From positions 68,820,001 through 68,884,000 of the forward strand of contig NC_043004.1 in NCBI RefSeq assembly GCF_006345805.1: 64,000 nt of DNA, given 5' to 3'. This document shows, piece after piece, positions 26,201 through 38,814 of this stretch. Each line of letters starts with the position of its first letter. Positions within the stretch are counted from its first letter, which is position 1. A program made the translations under genes and the position numbers. The notes below the pieces were generated by a model, which saw nothing but the letters and a program-made list of their open reading frames with translations, was not told the DNA's origin and ran no database searches. Source of the stretch: Octopus sinensis (Eukaryota).

Positions 26201-27762
26201 GAAACAATGTCATCTTCTCAACGACCTCAGGTCCCGAAGTGTCGATGTAGTGGCCATCAGTGAAAAAAGACTCTTCGACCGACAAACTTTCATGCGCATT
26301 TTCTGTGGATAGTATATATATTTATCTCCATGTCAACCGGGAATAGAAAGTGGAAAGGCGATGTTGATTCAGAAAGGCCTCTATCTCAAGATAAGGACTA
26401 TCTTCCTGGACTCAGAAGGTAAGTTGGTGGTCCTGGGATCTGAACAGTAATGACGGAGATGCCTTCAGGTGTTTATGCTCCGAAAGGAGCAGGACAGCCG
26501 GATTTCTTCAGACGTCTGAAGGTTTTTCTAGGGACGTCTCGACCTTTAGTGTTAGTGGACGGCTGGAACACCGTCTGGACTGTGTGGAGCTAGCGGATAG
26601 AAGGAGTGGTAAAATCCTCGCAAACCTGCTCAGACATTTCCAACTGTCCGACAGGTATTAACTGGATTTCCCGGATGTGCCAACGTGGATATGGATGAAT
26701 CGCACCGGGTTAACCAGGTCGTATTTAGACAATGTATTCTGTAGGCCAGTAGATAAAGATAGTATAAGTTGCCCGCTTTTCAAACTGGTCGGATACATAG
26801 GCCACAAAGTTTTGATCTGTACGGTCGACCTGGGTAAGCTTTTAAGACCGAACGCGTCGCTCCTGGCCTGCCAACCTACAGAGACCGGATTAGAGAATTA
26901 GTTAAAAGGGTGTTGACGGGGGCAATCGTCAACAACAAATGGTGGTTTTCCCTGAAAAGGGCATTTAGAGTAGAATCAGTAAGGTTTAGTAAGGCATTAG
27001 TGATAGTAAGGAATAAAATAGAAAGGAATTTAGTTAGGGACTTGGCAGATATGCGCTGAGGCTGCGACGTCTCCAGTGCTTCCTAGGCGGTGAGCAGGAG
27101 TGATCGCCGTTTGCCAGACACGATTTTTCATAGCTTGTCTCTTTGTCTGAGCCTCAGTCCTGGATCAAGTGTAGATCGAAGCAGGGTGCCTGGCATCTAG
27201 AGGGTTGTAAAGCGCTCACAATCCTCTATCAGTCGGGAAATGTAGTTGGTGACAGTTCCACTCCAGCGTTCTATAGAGGGTTAGTGGCGGACAACTGCGA
27301 TGACGTTCTTAGGGAGACACTGGTCGATGAGAATGGATTCGCTGGTCTGTTCCGGAGGACTTTCGGGCCAGGGTCCATGGATAACTTACAGAAATTCCTG
27401 ACCTGTATGGTATTGCCGATTCAGGATAAACTCTACAGGCATGGAAGTACCACCAGCCGGGCTTGCCCAAGGTGCGGACAGAGCGACGAAACTGTTCTGC
27501 ACGCTCTCGTCCAGTGCCCAAGCATTGCTGACTTTGGGGTTTATGTCGGACACCTGCTGTCAGGTGTAGAACGGATCCAGATATCACCTGAGTCCATAGT
27601 GAAGATCGCCTCGCCGCCTTCCTTCAGTCGGGAAGAGCAGACAGTGTTTCTTTGTTTGGTGGCCTTAACGAAAGAGGTTGTGTGGTAGACTAGGTTGAAA
27701 GGGCTAATGACAGACCCTTTCCTCTTTGGCCAAAGCCCCATTAACTTTTTTAAGTTTCACTT
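23260..27762 (+). mobile_element. Degenerate Tx1-clade LINE of a diverged subfamily (ORF1, endonuclease and C-terminus; RT deleted)
   Basis: ORF1 remnants (DFAKATREV; WGKKCGTVEVRF; TPTYLDRRVFKVRI; TVEGGKPRCPLCG) align to ORF1 at 57675..59411; ORF2 start GSINARCLGLSWKQ at ~26165; deletion near 27060-27140; C-terminal CPRCGQSDETVLHALVQC; cut by an LTR at 27763. Confidence 0.85.
24273..24746. repeat. 118-bp direct repeats (2 mismatches) flanking a ~238-bp insert inside Tx1 ORF1
   Basis: 24273-24390 and 24629-24746 compared base by base. Confidence 0.85.
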
Positions 27763-28340
27763 TGTTGTGGCGAGGGTCACGACACTCCCTGCGAGAATAG
27801 ACTGGCCTAACAACTATAAATAGTAGCGGTCTGAGTAAGAGACAGAGTAGGCATTAATCACAGTAAGTCGTAAGATGCCGTTTTGGTGGTTTATCGGAAT
27901 ATTGTTTGTTGGTTCATGTATAGTTCGTGGAGAGTTTGTTGGATTATACGTTGTTGTTACCCTGCTTTGTTATATATTTTATTGTTACTACACGGTTAAA
28001 GTGTAAAAAAAAGTATCGTCATAACAATTAGCGATACAACAATATTAGCGACGAAGATTCGAAGCTCACGCAGGTCAGTTATCAGTTGTTTGTGACATAA
28101 AGTTGTTAATTATGGAAGACCTATTAGCATCTATAATACAGTTTCAAAAGCAGCAGCAGCAGCAAGAAGAGCAACAGAAATTGCAGAAACAACTGCTACA
28201 GCAACAAGAAAAATAACAACGGTTAATGGAGCAATGTTTTCAGAAGTCAGGAAACACCACAAGTTCGTTTTCACTAAAAGGCGTATCGAACTCTATAACA
28301 GATAACTGGATCCTGTACAACTCGTGCCCACATAGAAAGT
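27763..28340 (+). mobile_element. Gypsy-like 5' LTR, PBS-like site and gag start (truncated)
   Basis: LTR TGTTGT...ATAACA (27763-28026) with TATAAATA; TTAGCGACGAAGAT shortly after; Q-rich gag-like start MEDLLASIIQFQKQQQQQEEQQ with an internal stop. Confidence 0.7.
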
Positions 28341-28414
28341 GGACATTAAGTGATAATAATAATGATGATGAATATGATGATGATATATGAAAAACAGTTC
28401 ATTAAAATTCATCA

Positions 28415-30350
28415 TCATCATTTAACATCAGTCCCCCATGCTGGTATGGGTTGGATGGCTTGACAGGAGCTCCTAAGCTAGAGGACTGAGCCAAGCCCTG
28501 ATGTCTGCTTTGGTATAGTTTTTACAGATGGATGCCCTCCTTAATGGCAACAAAATTATATCTGAATAATAAAAATATTAAGTTGTACCACTGGATGTTA
28601 TACTTCATCTTTTCACAGATCAATAACATATGTTGCTGACAAAGTATTATGGGTGCAATAAGAAGAAAAAAATATAAAAAGAAACTTGAAAATGGTAAAC
28701 CCCTGCATGGCTGCATACAAATGACGGAAACCAGTAAATTGGGGCAAGAAGGAAAATAAACTCTTAACAAAGTACAGAATTATTTTATAAAGAGACAAGA
28801 GCTAATGTTAAGAAAGATCACTGTTCGGTTTCCTCTGAAGATTTCTGTAGAGATGCTGCAATGTTGTAGAGTATTCCAATATTCTGTGGATTGTCAAGTT
28901 CATAGGCTTGTTGCCCCATCTTATTGCCAATGACAGGAATTAAGATGATTTTTCTCTTCAGTTCCAGGAAGAAAAACCTCATTTTACCTGGTGTAGCACT
29001 AAGTAGAGGTGGTCCTACTTTTGACTGAGGCTTTGGCAGTTTTGGGGATTTGGCATAAGGTTCCAGTTTTACGGACATAGACCGAAGAGTCTTGTTGAAA
29101 AGTAAAGCAGCAAATACCCTTTTCATCCTGCGATGCTGAAGCATCATCCATGGTCTGTGAACTCGGCCGTAGTCATAGCGACATGCTGCCGAACATTCCT
29201 TTAATGTTTTTGTCATAGAGTGAGGACAGTGAGAAAGGTCTAAAGATTTCTGGGATGGTTCCAGAGGCAATTTTTTGAGAATGACACAGCAAGGTCGACA
29301 ACCCTTCATCAAATGAAAGGATTTCTTCTTGGCACTTTTCGGAGGTAGTTTCAGCAAATGCCTCAACCATTTGATGGCGTCATAAGAAGGAATTCGTCTT
29401 ATAGTGCGTCCAATGAACTTTGGAGGTGGTGGTGGGTTTGCAGGAGGCTTAGCGGTTGTTTGTTTAGTTGTAGCTGCTTTTTCGGGTCTCACCACGGGTC
29501 GATCAGTCAGGGCAGCCTCTGGGTTTAAATTCAGCCTCCTTGCGGTTGCTATTGGAGATTTGGGGATGATTTTCTTCTTTTTGAAAAGGGGAGTGTTTTG
29601 CAGTGATGGTGTAGTGCGTCCCTGGAAAGACTGTAAAGTGTTCTTGGATGGAGATGAACTGGGTGACACCTTAGGGGACAGTTGTGGTGCTGGATCCGTC
29701 TAGAAAACAGGGGAAAAGAAAGAGAAAGAAATAAATGGTACAGAATAATAACCTAAAGAAACAAAATAAAATGAAATAATAAAAATTATTATTGTCATGG
29801 ATGGCATCATTATAATTATTTCTAATTAACTTTTTAATATAATACTCAGTTTTAATTATATTAACACTAACTATCAATATGTCAATATATCACTGTCATC
29901 AATTATTTCTTGTTCACCTTTTAATGTTCCTAGCATTCGTCATGATTATAATCCTCAGTTTTAATGCCAATTTTCCATGTAAGCACAGGTTGGATGAGGT
30001 CCATGGGGGGAAATTTTCTACAGTTGGATGCTTTTCCAAACAACTCTCACCTGTTTTAATGTAAGGTTAACTTTTTACCTTGGTCAGGCATATTTTCATG
30101 GAAGAATGGCAGCAAGCCATGTGATTACAAAGTGAACTTCTTAATTACTCAACCGTAAACGTATTACCTTTCCTTCTATCTGCCCCACCACATATTCTTG
30201 ATGTCAGATTTTTAATATACCGTCTACTAAATATTTCAACACTAACTATGTGTCTGTCTGTCTCACCACAATTATTTCAAGTGAGCTTTATAATACACCC
30301 GGTATCTTATATGTTAACATTAGCATAATTATGTCTGTTCGTCTATATGT
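28415..30350. repeat. Left outer arm of ~1.9-kb near-identical inverted repeat (partner 43415-45345)
   Basis: Reverse complement matches 43415-45345 with only scattered SNPs and small indels; ORF-track translations are mirrored. Confidence 0.95.
28818..29699 (-). CDS. Exon 2 of paralogue A: uncharacterised basic Lys/Pro-rich protein (294 aa with spliced ATG)
   Basis: Acceptor TTCCCCTGTTTTCTAG at 29700; open frame TDPAPQLSPKVSPSSSPSK...SSEETEQ*; protein identical to 44063..44944; all five nucleotide differences found are synonymous. Confidence 0.75.
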   Translation of the reverse strand, partial: TDPAPQLSPKVSPSSSPSKNTLQSFQGRTTPSLQNTPLFKKKKIIPKSPIATARRLNLNPEAALTDRPVVRPEKAATTKQTTAKPPANPPPPPKFIGRTIRRIPSYDAIKWLRHLLKLPPKSAKKKSFHLMKGCRPCCVILKKLPLEPSQKSLDLSHCPHSMTKTLKECSAACRYDYGRVHRPWMMLQHRRMKRVFAALLFNKTLRSMSVKLEPYAKSPKLPKPQSKVGPPLLSATPGKMRFFFLELKRKIILIPVIGNKMGQQAYELDNPQNIGILYNIAASLQKSSEETEQ

Positions 30351-31087
30351 CTAAAATAGATGTTAAATCATCTTTAAAGAATTAGTAAATTTTTGCTTTT
30401 ACTGAAATGATGATATGAAACCTGACACAAAACATTACAGCAACCAAATGCTATTCCAGTAGTTTATGCAGAAATTTTGTATCATGCTTTACAAAGCAAT
30501 GATTTGTTGTAAATGCTAAACTTTATTAAATATACACAACAAAGCTCAAAAGTTGCTCTACTATTAAATATATATATATATATATATATAAAGTTGGCAC
30601 AACTTTTAGGCCACTCTGTTGTATTTGTTTTCACCTGTTTCTTATTCTATTACTGCTGAAAAACACTGTCCAAATATTTCAATTAATTTAGGAATCCAGA
30701 ATTCAGCAGGGGTTTAGTAAAATAACTAACATTAGTCTTGTCTTTCATTCCTTCAGAATTATTAATGTAATCAACAAAATCTCCACCTGCAAAATTACTG
30801 GCTTTGTGCCAAACTTAGACAGAATTAAGCTCGCATTTTGTGCATAATTTAGTAAAGATTTTTACATAAAATCACTGGGGAATCATGTTATTTAGATATG
30901 AAGACTTGCTTGGATGCAGTTAAAAATTTACTTCCTAACAACATAGGTTTGGGTTTAGTTCCAGTGAGTGGTGCCAAGGGCAAGTGTCTTCAACTATAAC
31001 TCTAGGCCAAACAAAACTTTGTAAGCAGATTTGGTAGCTAGAATCTAAAAGAAGCCCACCATCTCTCTCTCTATATATATATATTAT

Positions 31088-31197
<110 letters not shown>

Positions 31198-31419
31198 GGC
31201 GAGCTGGCAGAAACGTTAGCACGCCGGGCGAAATGCGTAGCTGTATTTCGTCTGTCGTCACGTTCCGAGTTCAAATTCCGCCGAGGTCGACTTTGCCTTC
31301 ATCCTTTCGGGGTCGATAAATTAAGTACCAGTTACACACTGGGGTCGATATAATCGACTTAATCCGTTCGTCTGTCCTTGTTTGTCCCGTCTGTGTTTAG
31401 CCCCTTGTGGGTAGTAAAG

Positions 31420-31421
<2 letters not shown>
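31198..31421 (+). mobile_element. SINE family A
   Basis: Same sequence as 15805-16038, inserted between (TA)n tracts. Confidence 0.85.
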
Positions 31422-31457
<36 letters not shown>

Positions 31458-31483
31458 TATATATAATATATATATATATATAG

Positions 31484-32120
31484 TGAAGCCATAATCCATG
31501 GCCCCTACCTGGGACGTAGTCAGTCCACCTGTGCATACCTTCCTTCTTGTGACACTTGTGAAGACCTGTTGAGGCAAGTGAGAATCGAATCGAATTGAAT
31601 CAAATCAAATCAAATCAAATCGAACCAAATCAAAATAGATGAACATCAATGGAATTTGTATCCTTGTGGTACCAGTGCCAGTGGCACATAAGAAAACCAT
31701 CCGAACGTGACCGTAGCCAGTACCGCAACGACTGGCCTCCGTGCTGAGGGCACGTAACAACACCATCCGAGCGTGGCCGTCCGCCAGCCTCGTCTGGCAC
31801 CTGTGTCGGTGACACATAAGAAAGCACCATCCGAGCGTGGCCGTCAGCCAGCCTCGTCTGGCACCTGTGTCGGTGGCACATAAAAAACACCATCCGAGCG
31901 TGGCTGTCTGCCAGCCTCGTCTGGCACCTGTGTCGGTGGCACATAAAATCACCCACTACACTCTCGGAGTGGTTGGCGTTAGGAAGGGCATCCAGCTGTA
32001 GAAACACTGCCAGATCTGACTGGCCTGGTGCAGCCTTCGGGCTTGCCAGACCCCAGTTGAACCGTCCAACCCATGCTAGCATGGAAAGCGGACGTTAAAC
32101 GATGATGATGATGATGATGA
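31484..32120 (+). mobile_element. SINE family D with internal ~62-bp tandem repeats and (GAT)n tail
   Basis: Three to four copies of CACCATCCGAGCGTGGCCGT...GGCACATAA; GGAAGGGCATCCAGCTGTAGAAAC block; ends CCATGCTAGCATGGAAAGCGGACGTTAAAC(GAT)n. Diverged reverse copies at ~32160-32560, ~33355-33560 and ~28415-28520. Confidence 0.75.
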
Positions 32121-32122
32121 TG

Positions 32123-32157
<35 letters not shown>

Positions 32158-32599
32158 ATATCATCATCATCATCATTTAGTGTCCATTGTCCATGATGGC
32201 ATGGGTTGGATGGTTTGACCAGGGCTGATAAGCTGAAGTGCTGCACCAAGAGTGTAATGGGTGCTTTTACATGCCACCAGCATGGGTGCCAGTTTGCATT
32301 ACACCAGTATCAGCTACTATTACAATTTCACTCTGCTTGACGGGTCGTCTCAAGCACAGCATATTGCCAAAGGTCTTCGTCATATGTCATTGCCTGCAAC
32401 AGGCCCAGTGCTCCAAAAGGTGCTTTTTACATGCCACCTGCACAGGTGCTAGTTATGCAACACCAGCATTGGTTACAATGCCTCCATGAGGCCCAACACT
32501 TGAAAGGTGATTTTTACGTGCCACTGGCACTGGTGCCAGTTATGTGACACTGACAACGGCCACAGCTATGATCTCACTAGACTTGACAGGTCTTCTCAA

Positions 32600-33130
32600 G
32601 TATGACATATTGCCAAAGGTCTCGGTCACTTGTCATTGCTTCCATGCAACCCAGCATTCAAAGATCATGCTTCACCACTTCGACCCATGTCTTCCTGGGT
32701 CTCTCTCTTCCACAGTTTCCTTTCACTGGTAGAGATCAGCATTTCTGCTCACAACTGTCCACGTCCATACCCATTACATGACCATACAAATGCAGTCATC
32801 TCTCTTGCACACCACATCTGATGCCTCTTGTGCCCAGCTTTTCTCTCAAGACACTTACCCTCAGTCACACACGCACACTGATATTGCACATCCAGCAAAG
32901 CATAATAGCTTCATTTGTTTCAAGCCTATGCATGATGTCCTCAGCAGTCACAGTCCGTGTTTCACTGCTGTGTAGCATGGTTGTTTGCACAGAGGCATCA
33001 AACAATCTGCCTTTTATTCTCAGGGAGAGGCCCTTTGTTACCAACAGAAGTAGGAGCTCTCTGAACTTTGCCCAGCAGCTATGTTCTTGGAGCATCCACC
33101 TCACTACTTATTTGGTCACCTAGGTACTGG
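32600..33130 (-). mobile_element. RTE-clade LINE C-terminal remnant
   Basis: ORF 32865..33104: WAKFRELLLLLVTKGLSLRIKGRLFDASVQTTMLHSSET. Confidence 0.75.
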
Positions 33131-33589
33131 AAGCTATCAACTTCTAGTTTTCCCATCTGGCATTTGATGGAGTGTATTTTCTGAATATTTTAGTGTTAAT
33201 TGTGCACCTTCCACACACAAAAACTAGTTTCTCTGTTGACCTTCCTCTAATATTGTTGCAACTCTTATGTGTCCACAGCTTACACTGGGTACATCTCATG
33301 GAATTTCTACCTATGCCTTTCTTACAGATTGGGCAGGGCTATATATATATATATATATCACCCTTTGACATCCGTTTTCCATGCTGGTATGGGTTGAATG
33401 ATTTGACCACACCTCACAAGCCAGGGAGCTGCACCAGGTTCCAGTCAGATTTGGCTTGGTTTCTACAGCTGGATGTCCTTCCTAACACCAACCACTTTAC
33501 AGTGTGTGTTGGGTGCTTTTAACACAGCACTGGCATGAATGCTTTTTACATGGCACCAACACAAGGCTCTCACAGGTCAATCCTCTTCA

Positions 33590-33760
33590 TCGAGGGAAGC
33601 AGCCTTAACACTCACAGGAGACACAATGGAGGAAGACCTGCTCAAACATTCATTGATCAACTCTCACATGATACAAGCCTCAGTAAGGAGCAGTTGACAC
33701 AAGCAATGGAAAATCAAGAATTGTGGAGAGACTTTATCAGGAATATTTAGCTGTGGTCAC
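33590..33760 (+). mobile_element. RTE-clade LINE extreme 3' remnant
   Basis: RRHNGGRPAQTFIDQL..DT.LSKEQLTQAMENQELWR resembles the RTE ORF C-terminus. Confidence 0.55.
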
Positions 33761-34640
33761 AATGATGGTGATTAAAACAGGAAGTTTGAGTCATAGAACC
33801 AGGGTTGGCTTCAGAAGGATTAAATGAGAAGAAAATAATATTTAGCAAGGATAAATGTTCTAATTTGCAAATGGAAAGTTGGTTTTGGAGTCTTAAAAAT
33901 GTAAGAACTTAATGCTGATAATGGCTGTGTGGATTGTAGAAGCTACAAGGGAGAACCTCCATCTATGAAAAGTAGCAGCCTCATCTACCATCACAAAAGG
34001 AAAGAGAAATTTGAAGCATTAAATTAGAAGATGTAATATCATATCAAAGCTAGGAATGTTTAGCTTTGAAACACCAACTTTGTAGGTTTATGAAAACAGG
34101 ATGTTCATAAATTACCTTTACAATTTGATACAATAAATTGTAAACATTGTAAAGATAATTTATCAACATCCTGTATAGCAATTTCAGTACTTGCATTGAT
34201 ATGCTAGAACAAACAGGATAAATAGAGCTCAATACATGAGTAGATATATTTTAATTTAATTGGCGTGAGTTTTATACATGGCACATATCTTTTTGACATG
34301 TTTAATAAGTACCTTGCATGAAACCCATCTATGTGTATATAGTGAGAGCATGTGGCCTAGTGGTAAGGGCATTGCACTCACAATCACAAGACCATGGGCT
34401 CGATTCCCAGGCCAGGCAGTGCATTGTGTCCTTGAGCAAAACAATTCATTTCAAGTTGCTCTGTGATCACTTTCACATCTAATGTGTGGCACACTGTGCA
34501 CCTGTAAATGTTGATTTGATGGAGCAAGTGTGCCTCTGTACAGCACAAACATTTGACCATTATAAACAAATCATCTGTGCAGCTTGTTCAACAGAACTAT
34601 CTTCCTTGGACTCATCGAACTACAATTACATGATATTCTA

Positions 34641-34793
34641 ATTATAATTAGGGGTCAGCTAATTGCTTCACCACATACCGAATTTAGAAATAGGAGTTCA
34701 AAATTCCTTTTCTAAGTAGTAGAAAAGGAATTTTTAACTCCTATTTTTAAATTCAGTATGTGATGAAGCAACTAGCTGACCCCTAATTATAAT
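34641..34793. repeat. 153-bp near-perfect palindrome (hairpin)
   Basis: ATTATAATTAGGGGTCAGCT...AAAATTCCTTTTCT-AAGTAGT-AGAAAAGGAATTTT...AGCTGACCCCTAATTATAAT. Confidence 0.9.
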
Positions 34794-34933
34794 TATGTTT
34801 ATAATTATAGAATATTTGTATAATTTTACCTATAAAGGTTATTTTAACACACCAATCTACTCTGTAAAATTATTAATTAATTGATTGAGTGATTAATTTA
34901 ATTGATTAATTTTACCCTTTTATTATTAATTTG

Positions 34934-34972
<39 letters not shown>

Positions 34973-35058
34973 TATATATATACACACACGCACAGTAATG
35001 CCTCTCTTTATAAGGACCTGCTTTACAAGACGGTTAACAAGTTTTATTTTATAATAAA

Positions 35059-35451
35059 CTAGCAGTATCGCCCGGCGTTGCTCGGGTTTGTAAGGGAAAT
35101 AACTATATAAGCATTTTTAGAGATGTAAAGTATAATAGCCTTCTCAATATGGTTAACCACAAAGGGGGGTGTTACTGTAGCTTTTTACGTTCTGAGATTT
35201 AATAATAAATTTTTAGAGAGTTACTTCCCTTATATATGCCAAAAATGCATTAAAATGGGAAAAATGATGGTAAATATTTTTTAAAATTGTAGACTCATCA
35301 TAGACGCGCGCTAGTACCCAGAAGGGCTCGATATGAATCACGACTATAAGATACCCGGTTTTGGTTAAGCTGCACCGCAAAATGTGGGAGTAGTTAAGAA
35401 TCTAAATCGTAGGACACAGACAGCACACAACCTTACTTTTATATATAAAGA
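35059..35451 (-). mobile_element. Complete non-autonomous Helitron (~393 bp)
   Basis: Minus strand A|TCTTTATATAT... to hairpin CCCGAGCAACGCCGGG, ending CTAG|T: canonical TC/CTRR termini in an AT target, no TSD. Confidence 0.85.
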
Positions 35452-35981
35452 TTTAAAAAGGTTAAACAGCCATTTTGTAAATGAAGTGCAAAAGTTTCTA
35501 CTACCATAACAAATGCTTCTGCATGTTACCAAGAAATTTATAGAAGTAAGTAAAGCTTCTTCTAAGCACACAACTCTAGACTTGTGTTTTAAAAAGAAAC
35601 TTACAAGCCCTTCTATGAGTGTTTGTGAACTGGGGATCGCATCTACTAGTGATGGTGAGCACAAGTCTAGGGTGAGTGAAAGGGATTCAGAAAATGATTG
35701 TAATAATAATATTCTCTGGGAACAAACTAACTCGTATATCAAGACATTATTGTATGTGTGTGTGTAAAATGACGTGTAAATCTAGGGCTTTTATATTGCA
35801 TATCGCAGCCTTGATTATTTTATATTTTTCACATTAGTATCTTGCTGAATCAGCCATAAATTCATTTTGGAAATATACAATCAGGATTTAACCAAACCAT
35901 CCAGTGACAATTAGTGACTATTATATACATTCACACACATGTATGATTAAGTATATATAAATACACACACACACATACATA

Positions 35982-36775
35982 GTGGCTGTATGGTAAGTAG
36001 TTTGCTCACCAACCACATGGTCCTGGCTGGGTCAGTCCCACTGCATGGCACCTTGGGCAAGTGTCTTCTACTAAAGCTTTGGGCTAACCGAAGCCTTGTG
36101 AGTGAATTTAGCAGACGGGAACTGAAAGAAGCCCATTGTATATATGTATGTATATATGTGTGTTGGGGGGGTGTATGTCTATGTGTCTGTGTTTGTCCCT
36201 CCAACATTGCTGGTGTGTTTACATCCCTGTAACTTAGCGGTTCGGCAAAAGAGACCTTGAGAATAAGTTCTAGGCTTACAAAGAATAAGTCCTGGGGTCG
36301 ATTTGCTCGACTAAATGCGGTGCTCCAGCATGGCCACAGTCAAATGACTGAAAAAAGTAAAAGAGTAAAGAGTATGCATATATCTTTTATCCTTTACTTG
36401 TTTCAGACTGCGACCATGCTGGAGCACTGCCTTAAAGAATTTTAGTAGAACAAATTGACCCCAGTACTTACTTTTTAACCTGGTATTTATTCTATTAGTG
36501 TCTTAGGTCAAACTAGTAGACTACAGGGATGTAAGCACACCAACACCAGTGTTGTCAAGTAATAGTAGGGAACAAACTCAAACAGACAGACAGACACATA
36601 TATAATGGGCTTCTTTCAGTGTCTGTCTACTAAATATACTCACAAGGCTTTGGTTGAGCTGAGGCTATAGTAGAAGACTCTTGCCTAAGGTGCTACACAG
36701 TGGGACTGAACCCAGTACTATGTGGTTGGGAAAGAAACTACTTACCACACAGCCATCCCTGTGCCTACTTTCTAG
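35982..36775. mobile_element. Two SINE family B copies tail-to-tail (+ 35982-36372, - ~36385-36775)
   Basis: Both match the family-B consensus in opposite orientations, nearly adjacent. Confidence 0.8.
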
Positions 36776-38414
36776 AATCGTCACATATGTCTGTGGGTCA
36801 TGACTAAAAAGTGCTTTCATTATAATGACCATCAACCTGTAAATTACTGCCCTCAACAGTCTCATCCGTCCAACCATGGTAGTATGGAAAGAGAAGGAGT
36901 TGAAGAAGTAGAAGAAAAAGACGACGATGATGACCATTTAACCCCAATACAGAACTGGTATACAATTTATCAACCTCAAAAGGGTGAACAGTAAAGACAG
37001 AAGCCTGATTTCAACTCAAAGCTAGAAATAATCTTTTCTACTATAGGCACAAGGCCTGAAATTTGGGGGAAAGGGTTAAGTCGATTACATCGACCCCAGT
37101 ACGCAACTGGTATTTAATTTATCGACCCCGAAAGGATGAAAGGCAAAGTCAACCTCAGCAGATTTGAACTCAGAACGTAGCGACGGGCAAAATACTGCTA
37201 ATCATTCTGTCCAGCATGCTATCAATTCTGCCAGCTCACTACCTTAGAAAGCTAGAAATAATACTGAAAGGCATTCTAACTACACTTTAACGACACTGTC
37301 CAATGTATAGTAACTCAGTGATATCCATAAGTATATCTGCCATCATTAAACACTTGCTGATTTTGGTACTTTTAAAGAGAGACAGACAGACAGAAAGAGA
37401 TACGTTTACACAAGAAATACAAAAAACATTTTATTTATTTATCTTATCAAAAGTAAATACAGGAGGAAAGTTTTAAATTTTGAAGCCGCTAAAGTCAAAG
37501 ATTACACACTAAGATTACATCTGTTATCCACTTTTACCCCAGGTCGACATGTGAGTGTATTTGGTGGACGGAAACTGTATTCAAGATCGTCGTATATGTA
37601 TATGTGTTTGCCCGTCCATCATTGTTTGACAACTGGTATTGGTTTGTTTACGTCCCCGTAACTGAGCATTTCAACAAAAAGATCGATACAATATGAACCA
37701 GACTTTAAGAATAAGTAGTGGCATTGATCACTACAACTAAAATCCTTCAAAACGCTGCCCCAGCAAGACCGCTATCCAATGATTAAAACAGGTAAACGAT
37801 ATATAATAAAGGATAATTGTAAACAAAATTCTAAACTGTAACCCTTAAACTCTGGATTCGGAACTTAAGAGGCGGAATTTCAATAAGAGAAAAATGTAAA
37901 GAATATCATGATTTTGTTAAAATACTGAGACGAAGAATAAAATATTGTTTACGTTTTTCTTTTTTTTTTTTTTTTTATTCTTTCGATTTATGATCACAAG
38001 AGAAAAGTGCAATCACAATTAAAAAACTGAAATCTCGCCACCTAATCTTCAAAGTGGGGAAGAAGTTTGGGTTCAGTCCCACTGCGTGTCACCTTAGGCA
38101 AGTGTCTTCTACTATAACCCTGGGCCGACCAAAGCCATGTCAGTGGATTTGGTACACAATAACAGAAAGGCCGTCGTGGTGTGTGTGTGTGTATGTGTGT
38201 GTGTGTGTGTATGTGTGTGTGTGTGTGTGTATGCATGCATGCAATTGTGTTTGTGAGGGTGTCTTTGTATATGTCCCCCACCATCGCTTGACGACCAGTA
38301 TTTGTTTATGTTACCGAAAGCTAGCGATCCGGTAAAAAAAAAACGGTGAAGGACATGAACCGCACCCACTTTCGTTTTTTTTTCTTCTTTTTTTCCTACA
38401 GAAACCCACTTTTC

Positions 38415-38583
38415 GGGTACTACTTAAGAAGCTAGTCGTGACTAGTCGATCCTACAACGACCACCTAGCAAAGCAAATAAAACACAAAAGCGCAAAGTAA
38501 GGGTCGACTAGTCACGAGTAGCTAGCGCCGATGGGCGAGTACGCGAGTGCACGCCCCGGGACCACTCTTCTTAAGTAGTACCC
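38415..38583. mobile_element. MITE-like palindromic element flanked by GTAC
   Basis: IR GGGTACTACTTAAGAAG (38415-38431)/CTTCTTAAGTAGTACCC (38567-38583), plus inner IR CTAGTCGTGACTAGTCGA/TCGACTAGTCACGAGTAG. Confidence 0.7.
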
Positions 38584-38814
38584 TTTTTCGCGGAGATTCC
38601 GAGTCTGCAAAAAAAGCGACATTGCAAAATTTTACGTCTTGAGGAATTCGAAGATAAAAAAACGCTTTAACTCAATGACAGGAACTTGCGGCTCGCGGGA
38701 CATTCTGAATAATGTCATGAGACAAGTCATGTCTGATGCGGTCTACGGCTCGAAAAAAGGTTGCCCATGCTTCCTAATCTACCAATTCTGCCGGCCTCTC
38801 CATAATCCCTACAA

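Noticed and set aside
31690-31950. ~62-bp tandem repeats as a CRISPR array or repeat protein
   Set aside because: Contiguous units without unique spacers, inside a SINE.
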